From Balanoglossus misakiensis (Eukaryota > Animalia > Hemichordata), in contig CM082584.2 in NCBI GenBank assembly GCA_040954595.2, positions 10,940,552 through 11,004,551 on the forward strand: 64,000 nt of DNA, given 5' to 3'. Positions 32,601 through 42,717 of this stretch are shown here, piece by piece; positions within the stretch are counted from its first letter, which is position 1, and each line of letters starts with the position of its first letter. The translations under genes were made by a program, and so were the position numbers. The notes below the pieces were generated by a model, which was not told the DNA's origin, searched no databases, and saw nothing but the letters and a program-made list of their open reading frames with translations.

Positions 32601-33110
32601 GAACAGGTAAAGTTCCTTCAAACTATTTGTTTCGACTTGACAGGGAGAAGGGCAAAATATACATCTTTTAATTTGACTATAATTTCTAGATATCACCTAT
32701 TGTTTTTCTTTTTTCAGACTGCTTATCCACCCAATCATTACATCCGACATGTGCCTCAAAGGAAGATTCACACATTTACATTTGTTCAGCTTGTACAGTT
32801 GACGCTATTGTGTGCGTTTGGTTTTGCCCCATTGGCGTATCTCAAGATGGTGTTTCCTATACTTCTTCTTTTCTTGATGCCTGTCAGGTGAGTGGTTTGT
32901 TTCCTTTTGTCAAATTACACGACTTCGCCAAGTCACACCTTCCATATCAAGTTGTCTTTGTTACTAGACAGCTCGAAACTTGTAGGTTCATACAATAATT
33001 ATTTAAATGAATTGAAAATTATTCCTGTTTTTTGCTTGTTTTCCAGACATAAACTGGTTCCCAAACTTATCCACGGGAAATACCTGGCTGCCCTGGACCG
33101 AGTTCATTAG
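26622..33110 (+). CDS. SLC4A11: Solute carrier family 4 member 11-like (bicarbonate/borate transporter family), multi-exon
   Basis: N-terminal domain [19 protein letters not shown]...[19 protein letters not shown]; [14 protein letters not shown]; [14 protein letters not shown]; [15 protein letters not shown]; [30 protein letters not shown]; [17 protein letters not shown]; VRETRLTG; [16 protein letters not shown]. Stop at 33110. Confidence 0.93.
27141..27225. repeat. Two-copy ~47-bp tandem duplication in SLC4A11 intron 1
   Basis: ctgt(g)attcaa.tgac.tttgtttctaaaggtcacc.ga occurs twice. Confidence 0.8.
27946..28038. mobile_element. piggyBac-like MITE, copy 2
   Basis: TTAG-CCCTTTCACC...GGTGGAAGGG-TTAG; the same 4-bp TTAG lies on both sides. 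Confidence 0.8.
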
Positions 33111-34283
33111 ACACTCCTGATGTACCTGTATACTGGTTGAAGAAAACAAAGCTGATACATTTTTCATATAATCAACACAGAATGTATGACAGTGCGAAAA
33201 TTGACCAGTCCAATGCAATTTACAAGTTTCTCTTGCCACGGGTCAAAGCTGATGGAGTCTTTTGCGTTGTGGTTTCGTGTTGTGCTGTTTGTTGTGATGT
33301 CAAGATGACATTCGTTGAAGTACATTTTGCTGTGTCAGGCTCATTGGCATTATCAAATATCAAAGCATTTTCTAAATCCTGATATATTTTTCTGTGCTGT
33401 TCATTTGCTTATACTGTTTTAATTATCCTGTTTTGTACTCTTAAGTTTGAAAGCAAACAAACATAGATCAACTTTTTAACTTGTATTTATGGAAATTTCA
33501 TACACAGGGTATTTTGCATAAAATGTTTCTTTGTTTGGAATAGTTCTATGAACAATGCAAACTAGTCTCTCTAAAACTGCCTTGCGAATACTTTTTCTCA
33601 GGAAAGTTCAGTACTGAAAATATCAATCCTACATTTACTTGAGTTGTTGAAGGTGTTTCATACACCTGCAGGTGAATAACTTGGATACTATTTATACTTC
33701 TTGCAAAGTTGTGCTATTAATAGTTTGTGTTTTGAAATGAAGTAGTTTGTTTCTTAATTGAATATGGTGTCAAAAAGGTTTACAGTGAACCATTTGTGTG
33801 AAAGTGAATAAAGATCAGATTTTACACAATGCAATTACTTAATTCCAGCCTTTGTTTTGAGAATCATGTCATATCTGTGCAAAGTTGGCACCAACTTTAG
33901 CGGAAATAAAGCAACTTTCAATAAAAGATCTATTGTATCTGACTGTTTTATACTTCGTTTTAGATTCAGTCTTTAGAATTATAAATTATCAAAATACTTT
34001 ATGAAATCTGTCTTTTTCATCCGAGAATACAGTCTGACTGCAAGAAATATTGACAAACTTTTCTACAAGACATCACTAATACCTATGACTTCTGTAGTCA
34101 ACATCCATGGCAGCCCAAAATACTTAACACTAATTAATATCAGTTATCTAACTGAAAAAGTGTTATCAGTGGTCCACATAGAGAAAGATAATATATTATA
34201 CAGAATCTGCCACATAAATGCACCGTGAACGACATTAACTTCTTGTAATTAATGCATTTCCAAAAATCGGTAAAATTGACATT

Positions 34284-37200
34284 TCACCATGACATCGCCG
34301 TCTCCCTCCTCTGATCATCACTCTGTCTGTAATCCCCGAAAACAAATGAATAAATTCCTGGTCGCAATTTTTCAGCCACTGCTAGGACAATTCTCCAGTC
34401 ACCATCTACAAGCAGATTCAAATCTTGCCTCATTCGCTTCATCATGGACGACTTGAAAGGTTCTGCTCCTTTGTTGCTGTATGCAAAATAAAAAAAGATC
34501 CAGAAAAAAATCAGCATCAATCAAAGTCAACAGCTTTGCCTTGCAAGAAATAATCTGTGGTGTTGTCAATGATAAATTTGCTTAATATAAAAATGTTCAG
34601 CAAATTTTAGTGAGACTTTCCTCATTTGGAATCTAAACATATATTGCCTCCAGACGTCTTTCTTTTGGTATTTACCTTTGTGATTGAAAATCTTCTTCTT
34701 GGTGTCAAACTGTTCGTTGATTGTTTTCTTTTTGTTAACCGAGGTCCGATGTTTAAAACCAAGACACGTTTTTGCCTTGTCTATAGACCGAGTGGCATAC
34801 TCTTCTACTGGTACTACTACACGTATGATGATTGTGCGAGGAAAATGCGTGGCGGTCTTGGTGTTTGATACCATGTGACAGCGTGTCAAAATCTGAACTG
34901 CATATGTCTTTTTATTATTACTTGAATAAGTTTCAAGACTACAGCATCAGTATTTCCATTTGCTAACTCTGGTAAACCTTTATCTCTCGCCTTATACATC
35001 GATCCATTTATCTTGACTACGGTAGTTCTGTTCTTACTGACAATTTACCCAGACAGTTTCCTGTCAGAGAGCATGTGAGAAGATCCACAGACTGAATGTC
35101 TCTGAACATTTCCCTCCATAGGAAGTCAGTTTTATATGAGACTGAAAATGTAGACACACCAATCTTTAATAAGTCAATGTGATGCATTTGTACAGAGTAT
35201 ATATACAATGAAGATACGGTACTCACGTTTCTTCTTCCACATATTTTATCACTGCAAGTGCTTTTCTGTCCAGAATTCTCATGAATTGCTCAATATGAGC
35301 TTCCCTGACTCCTGACCCTGGATGCAACTGATGTATCTGCAAAAAAAAACCAACATCACATCTTATAGATATAATAGATTTATTCAATTTCATATAAAAG
35401 GTGACATCATGATCACTTAAAAAATTTAACATGATTGTACCAAAGACAGTAAAAATAAGTTGCATGTCACACGTTTTTGTTCAGTGAGTCTACGATAGGA
35501 TACAGTTTATCTTAGAGGCAAGTATGCTGGCCAGTTTAGCACATTTCGTTGCTATTTACAATACTTCATCATGTACATGTATGATCTAATTTCTCATTCG
35601 TGCACAACAACAGTAACTAGGGCGAATGACTTGCAGATGAAGAAAGCTGGTGTGAATGATTTGCAGATAACATTACCTAAAGTTAGGGTAGCAGATGAGA
35701 AAGCAAAGCTAGATTAGCTGTTCACAAAAGTTGCAAATTAGCAGATCCATTGTATGCATCAGCAAAGTTGACTGATTAGCAAATATGCAAAAGTTATGCA
35801 TATGGCAATGTGAGTGGGGATATGCAAAGCTTGAATGGCTGTTTGGCAGATTACAAGCCAAACCGATTATTAAGAAAACTATTACTACCTAGCGTGTATG
35901 CCTTTTGGAGACACTGCCAAGGTAGAGTTAGCAACTGATGGAAATACTAAACTAAGGGTTTGGAAATATATTGTACTTACAATGTACAACAAAGTGTCAC
36001 AGTGTGTTTCACGGTCAGGGTTCACCAAGAGAGACAGACAGTATGAGGAGTAGAAAACGATAGAAAATAATCAACTCTTGATCTGTGACATGTTATTGTT
36101 TGAATTAATGATATCACATGGTTCTTCATTTTAAAAAATAGACAGTTCCAAACAATAATTGATGACACAGGCATTTTTATCTAGTTTTTTTGTGATTTCA
36201 CTGATAGCTGGAGAAACTTAAAGCAATGTTGCGCTTTGCTATGAAGCTGCGGAACTGCTGCTGTTAGGATGGGTAGCTCATTTTGCCAAGCACCCAATAT
36301 TTATATCTTTAACCCTTAACAAATTAATGAAATACATCAGTACATTGTAAAACAATTGTGCAAGTTATACATGTCGAAAATGGTTTCTCGTGAAAAGGTG
36401 ACCTCAAAGCTGACACATTATGTTGAAATGAGCTGCACTGAACTTCCCCTTTAATACAAGATTGGCATTTCTAACTTTTGTCGCTTTTCATGGACGTTCT
36501 TATTCTATGTCTAAGCTTGCATGCGATTATTCACAGCAATCTGCAGTGGACAAACGAATAAGACACTGGGGCAGAATCACTTTACCCTTTCCCCACCATG
36601 GTTCACTCCAAACCCATTGTTTTCTATGGTAAGGTTGGACCACTATAGAGGGAACCGGGGGTGGAAGGGTTAAGCAATGCACATGTATCCACACCAAAGC
36701 AAGCTGCTCTGACAAAACAACCTCTACATATTCTAACGGAAGACACTCACCTCTGTCATGATATCTCGGACAAACGTTTCTGGATCATCAACAGATTGAA
36801 AGAATGTACTAACAGAAGAGAAAAGACAGTGGATTAGTTCTTTCAATTTGGGTGCTCACAGAAATGTTTCCATAACATTAAATTTCCAGCTCATACTTTA
36901 AATTGACACCCATTTTATGTGACTTCTCTGAATACAGAATTTTGCCAAATCTCCAACTGAATACTCACAATGGTACGAGAAGCAATTCCTCTTGACTGTC
37001 CACCCACAGACATTGCAATTCCTGCGTCATCACCACATGTTTTCTGGCATAGTGGTCATTACACAGAGGGGTCTGTTTGACTTCTAGTGTGGTGGTGTCG
37101 ATTAAACTGCTCGGGTAATGGCTGGTCAGAATGGATCGCATGTTGTTGCTGAGAGTTGCATAGGTATCATACCCCTCAGGTGACTGCTAAATATACAACA

Positions 37201-38666
37201 TCCAATTTGCATAATTAGTGTTGCAAGACTTACTTACTCTGTCTCAATAAACATCAAAAAGACAGGACCACCAGAGGATCTGACAGGACCACTGGGGCCA
37301 TACTGAACTGAATAGCTAATCCCTGCACGTGTGTAAATCCAAAGACTGACTTACCTTAACTAGACCTTGGAGGTAAAGTCCCTGTTGATAATCAGAATCT
37401 TTCAAGACATAGCATGAACACTCTCTTTCAGAGGGTGATAGAAAGAGAGCCAGGGTGTTGATGACCTACAGAGACAACGGTAGACGAGTTCAGGCAAAAT
37501 AGATATCATGTTGATAGTTCACACACTTAACAAATAGTAACTGTGGTAAGACTCACCATATTGACTTCTTTAGAGTTTTTACCAATTACTATAGAACAAC
37601 CGCATGTCTGCAAATGAGATGCTATGGCCCTGAAAAGAAAACAATACAGTCAGTATTACAATCAAATAATAAATACGGCCAACCAGTGGATTAAAACTGG
37701 CATCTCGTCAAGTCGAGAAGCGCACGGCAGGCATATGTATTTACTGAGGTGCACATAATATCATTTACCAATATTTCCCAATCAGTAGAGTAAAACTTAC
37801 CTTCTCATAAATGCCAGATCTAAATGGTTCTCTTGACCAGTTGCAAATACTGTTTGGTTAATCTGAAATGTAAGAAACTGCAATCAGCCGACCATATTCT
37901 GATGGACACGTCAATTTGTAAGATTAGTCTTCAGACAGCTTGCTTGTTATTTTTGCCTGTAGATGTTGCTGCCAAGTCAATTGATATTTTGATATTTTAC
38001 CAACTTACATCAATGCTAGCAGGTAATCTGTACTCCCTCATGTTAATCAATAATTGCACAAATCCATTTATACATGTAGATTGGAATTCTCCAAGAGCTG
38101 TTAAATGGTTCTGTAAAAACAAAAAAATACGATTATAAAATACTGCTTTTTATATATATTAGCATAGATGCAGGGAGTATTGTCTAAGACTGTGAATGTC
38201 ATTCGGTTTAATAAAATAACAATTATAAGCCACTTACTTTGTCGAATAAGACCCGTAGCTTATAGACCATGTTGAGAAGTCTGGTTGTACACAGCTGCTG
38301 GATGGGCATGTACCAGTTCAATTCTTTGTAAGGCAGTACCAAGGATAACGCATACACATTGACATCAGTTCCACAATGTCCACTAAATATGATGGCATTG
38401 ACTATGATGCCCTTTTCTGCCAGAACAAAAAACTTGTTATGGGTTTTGTTGCTGGGTTCATCGCTGGAGTTCAGCATACGTCCAGCAGCGAATTTGAGAA
38501 TGTCGTGGCTGACTGTGTCTTTGTTGTCCACCAGCCAGGCATGCTGGATCTGCGGTCCGAGGATGTTGTCCCACATGGACAGCAGAATTCCATGGAATGG
38601 TGCATCTTCCATCTTTGCCACTACTGTGATGTTCCTGGATGCAATTCTGTGGTGGCGCGCTTCCAT
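34284..38666 (-). CDS. C9orf72: C9orf72 orthologue (DENN-like, SMCR8 complex subunit), multi-exon
   Basis: ILLSMWDNILGPQIQHAW; KFFVLAEKGIIVNAIIFSG; YALSLVLP; AIASHLQTCGCSIVIG; TLALFLSPSER; LDRKALAVIKYVEEET; DWRIVLAVAEKLRPGIYSFVFG. First in-frame ATG at 38666 (AATCATGG), with an in-frame TGA upstream. Confidence 0.95.
36581..36673. mobile_element. piggyBac-like MITE, copy 3
   Basis: TTTA-CCCTTTCCCC...GGTGGAAGGG-TTAA with the same core sequence. Confidence 0.8.
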
Positions 38667-38871
38667 GATTGATTTCTCAGTAGAATCTCGAGAAGGGAAC
38701 AAGAACTCCTTGAGATTCTTTGTCACTTGTACTTCAATATCAGAGAGTCAAAAGCAAACAAAGATGCTGTCTGTGATTTGTAATCAATGTAATTCAGTCA
38801 GCAATGCAAACTACAGTGCACATTACGTTTCTAATATGCCACACAGCCACTTTTCCAGCAATGTTTTCTTC

Positions 38872-39165
38872 TCAGCTGCTTTGGTTTGTCTGTTCAGCGA
38901 AGAGATAATTGACTGGTTCTTTGTTGACGTACATCCAAAACAAAATCTGATGAGCACACTCTATGGACAGTGACAGTATGAGCATAGTCATGAGTGATAG
39001 AATTCCTCCAATGGTGAGTCTTGGCGATGTGGTGTTTACAATTGACATCAAAAACAAGATGAGACCTGAAACTATACACGACGCAAACATGTAATTAAAA
39101 AAAATGTGCTTCAGTCCAATACGATCAACAATGGTTTCTGTCAGTTTCAGATAAACTGGGAGCAT
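38872..39165 (-). CDS. Small two-TM protein ORF2 (97 aa) upstream of C9orf72; paralog of ORF1
   Basis: ACCATG start; MLPVYLKLTETIVDRIGLKHIFFNYMFASCIVSGLILFLMSIVNTTSPRLTIGGILSLMTMLILSLSIECAH...; aligns with the neighbouring ORF 39282-39566. Confidence 0.7.
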   Translation of the reverse strand: MLPVYLKLTETIVDRIGLKHIFFNYMFASCIVSGLILFLMSIVNTTSPRLTIGGILSLMTMLILSLSIECAHQILFWMYVNKEPVNYLFAEQTNQSS

Positions 39166-39281
39166 GGTTTGACAAGATTTCTTCTGAGGCACTCAAGATT
39201 TGGGAAATCTATTGCCAGGTTCTTGTCTTGATGGATGATCCTTTGAACAGTCACACATGTAATTGGTTCACCATTTGACAA

Positions 39282-39566
39282 CTACCACGAGAGGTCATTC
39301 ATCTGGGCATCAAACTGAATGCGAGAAACACTTGCCACGAAATAAGCCACTTTGATTCCCAACGCAATTGTAAATGTGGACATAGTATAGGCCAACGCAG
39401 TGAGGAGAATCCTGGGTGATGGAGAAGATGAACCGTAGTATGCAAGAGACAAAATACACGCAGTCAAACCGGTCAGCATGTACGTAGACAGTGCATAGTT
39501 GAAACAGAAGTGTTTTAGCATCAAGCGATTGACTACAGTGCCCATCCACTGGGCAATTGAAGACAT
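39282..39566 (-). CDS. Small two-TM protein ORF1 (94 aa) upstream of C9orf72; paralog of ORF2
   Basis: AGGATG start; MSSIAQWMGTVVNRLMLKHFCFNYALSTYMLTGLTACILSLAYYGSSSPSPRILLTALAYTMSTFTIALGIKVAY...; shares TxVxRxxLKHxxFNY, GL and SPR with ORF2. Confidence 0.7.
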   Translation of the reverse strand: MSSIAQWMGTVVNRLMLKHFCFNYALSTYMLTGLTACILSLAYYGSSSPSPRILLTALAYTMSTFTIALGIKVAYFVASVSRIQFDAQMNDLSW

Positions 39567-39599
39567 CCTCTATGTGATGAAGATGAAGAAGAGGGTGTG

Positions 39600-40010
39600 G
39601 TGCTGGGTAACCATAGCAACAGCTTCGCACATTGCTCTCGCTCTCGCGAAGCTGTTGCAATACGAAGCAGTGGATCCTTTACTCGGAGTTTTCCCGAAAT
39701 GTCAATAATGAAGTACAGAGTTACAAATATAAGGGTGTTTTTCCTACTAGTACGTAGTACACTGTACTGCCGACCACCTTCCTCACTTCCGGGGTCATAC
39801 GCCTCTCGCTCACGTCGCGGCGAATATATGATTAAAATTGAACAAAACCGCCCACTTTTCTGAAACAAGCAGGTGCCGATTGTCTAAAACATAACAATTG
39901 ATATGCGAAACATGCACACGTCTTATCTTGTAAATTTGGTAAGCGCAACAGATCTGCACTCGATGTTTCGTTCTTCCGTGCGTGTTTCGTTGACCCGGAA
40001 GTACTAGTTC
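39600..40010. promoter_or_regulatory. Bidirectional promoter region between C9orf72 and DOHH
   Basis: CpG-rich stretch between divergent genes; ETS-type CCGGAAGT at ~39785-39792 (-) and ~39995-40002 (+); X-box GTTGCTATGGTTAC at 39607-39620 (-); TCTCGCGA near 39642. Confidence 0.6.
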
Positions 40011-40179
40011 AACGCGACTGCGCAGATAATACAAACCAGCATGTGTTTTGGGGGTCAGACCGACCTTCGTCAGCTGTGAGAGAGTTTTCCCTGTTTTTAA
40101 CACCTGCCACACTTTTTTCACCAATCAGGAGAAAGCGATATTGTATGGTAAAACCCTTACCTCATTTGTAAAAACAATC

Positions 40180-41634
40180 ATGGTGGACAGTGTACAGAAA
40201 ATTGGCCAAATACTGTGCGATCAGCAGCAATCACTGACGGAGCGATTTCGGGCACTATTTACATTACGGAACCTAGGGGGTCATTCGGCAGTGGACTTCA
40301 TAGCTAAGTGCTTTGATGACCCTTCAGCTTTGTTAAAACATGAACTTGCGTACTGTTTGGGTCAAATGGGAGATGATTACGCAATCCCATGTCTGGTTGC
40401 AGTATTGAAAGACACAAATCAAGAACCAATGGTCAGACATGAAGCAGGTATATTATTAAACATTACCATTTGTGACAGTTTTTCCCCATTGTTTTCTTTT
40501 CCAAGTTTGAAGGCTAGCAGTTTTTAGTTTTCACCTCCTTCCAGAAAAAAAGTTAACCTCTAGTGCCACTTGTGTTTTCTGATCAGGTGAAGCATTGGGA
40601 GCCATTGGATCTGAATCTGTGTTGGATGTACTGAAAGACTACACACATGATCCAGTCATAGAGGTAAGAGTTGTGATACCAGGGCTTTAGGCTGGGTAAT
40701 AGTACTACAATAAACTTGCATTGGTGTTCAGACTTGGCAATTCTGGCTTCATGTTTCCAGCATTGATGGCATACACCAATGAACCAAGGATGGGTCTTGT
40801 CATTTTCAGGTAGCAGAAACGTGCCAACTTGCAGTGGAGAGAATACATTGGTTACACAACAGAAATGAAGACAAAGGCAACCTCAGCGAGAATCCTTACA
40901 AGTCTGTGGATCCTGCACCACCAGCTTCAGAGAAAGACATTCAAAGTTTGGCAACTACTCTGTTAGATGAAAATGTGGCTCTGTTCGAGAGATATCGAGC
41001 CATGTTTTCACTGAGAAATATTGGAAGTGATGAAGCAGTTGCTGCATTAGCTCAAGGTAAGAAAAATATATATGTACTAGTAATCAGCTATCTGGTCTTT
41101 GATCCCATTTGGTATACATGTTTAAATATACATATACCATAGGGACCTTATGGCATCGGTTGTGTCTGTCTGTATGTATCTATCTATGTGTGTGTGTGTT
41201 TGTATGTATGTTTTATAAACACTGTTGAACTCTCTCTACTTGCAAATTTTCATTTTGTACCATATTTCTGCCAGCCGTCTGCTGACCACGATTTCTTTTT
41301 CTGCTGACTCACAGGACTGGAGTGTAACAGTGCTTTATTCAGACACGAGATAGCCTATGTACTGGGACAGATGCAACACGAAGGCGCAATACAACAACTG
41401 AAGAAGTCGTTACAGAAAAACGAGGAGAACCCAATGGTACGGCACGAATGCGCTGAAGCTCTGGGATCCATCGCCAAAGATGAATGCATGAAAATTTTAG
41501 AGAAATACGCGACGGATGAAGAGAGAGTGGTCAAAGAAAGTTGCGTGGTTGCCATAGATATGTATCAATATGAGAACAGTGACGAATTTCAGTATGCAGA
41601 TGGACTCACCAAAGTACAGCAAACAGATTCCTGA
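40180..41634 (+). CDS. DOHH: Deoxyhypusine hydroxylase (exons 40180-40447, 40587-40663, 40810-41056, 41315-41634)
   Basis: [14 protein letters not shown]; four His-Glu iron-binding motifs ([54 protein letters not shown]); SVDPAPP linker; C-terminal FQYADGL. Confidence 0.97.
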
Positions 41635-42717
41635 TAGTTGGTTGCGTATTTCTTCAATAAAATGCAGATGTCATAATCATGTATCTTACTCGTTTTTGAA
41701 TTAAATTTCAATTCACAGTTTACATTCTGTATGAGCTGATAAACACTTATGAGATTGGCTTTGCTAATCTCACAAAAATGTTTTTGTCAACATTAAAATA
41801 TTTACCACGCTGAAGTTTTGTCTACTGTTGTTCTTTGCACTGGCTATTAAACTGTTTATGTCCCTCAGTTTACAATGAAAATGACAAAAACGCTACACAG
41901 GTGAAGCTTCTGTATGACTTTAATTTCCCAGTTCATAATTGGTGACGGCTTCAGTAAAGGTTTTAAAATAGTACGTATTCCTAAGTCTTCACTTAATAAG
42001 AGAACTTACCTGCTAGCTACATGCTTAACGGTATCTGCTAAAATGTCACTATGACTAACTACATGTACTTGCTTCACATGAAAAGATGTCATAATTAAAT
42101 GGTACAACCCAATAACTGTGTCTAAGGATATCTAAAAGCATGGTTGCTATAATTACAAAAAATCTAATGTCTAACAGGTTCCAGTACACATAACACAAGT
42201 ACCCAAAAGCCATTGCCAAGAATTTAATGACTCTCAACCAAAATGCACTTTTTTGTTGTTTGTCTTGTGATCTGAAATGGTAGTCACTGGCAGACACAGA
42301 GACACTTGCAATAAATTATCAATTGGAATTACTGGCAGTCTTGAGATTTTCTGTTTATTGCACATAATTTGGCAATTTATTTGAATGGCCCAAAAGTGGC
42401 GTCCAAAACTTTTTAGGAGACTATCATGAAACTAATATCACATTTTTACTCAGAATTGCTTGCAAAATATAAATAAAACTAAAAAATGCTTAGTGAAACA
42501 AGGCAAGTGAAGGTCAAATAAAAAAATAGAAATAGAAAAATAACATGGCATTTTCTCTGCATACATAAATCCTCTAAAATGCAATATTTTTATGTACAGA
42601 CCCACCCTAAAAGGGAAAACAAAGATCACAGCCTCACAGTCCTTGCACAGATTCAGCTAAAACCAAGACACTGGTTGCAATAAAAGATGTTATGATGCAA
42701 CATCTTTCAGCAACTTC

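Noticed and set aside
38359-38973. 204-aa plus-strand ORF (also 17383-17949 +, 24508-25176 -, 24969-25478 -)
   Set aside because: Antisense shadows of real coding exons, with no recognisable motifs.
38872-39566. Leader ORFs as SPT small subunits (SPTSSA/B), tempting because SPTLC1 is in the window
   Set aside because: Only a faint FxxxYxLxxYML resemblance; the EPWE motif is absent and these ORFs have two TM segments.
38666-39900. GGGGCC hexanucleotide repeat of human C9orf72
   Set aside because: Not present in the upstream or intronic sequence here.
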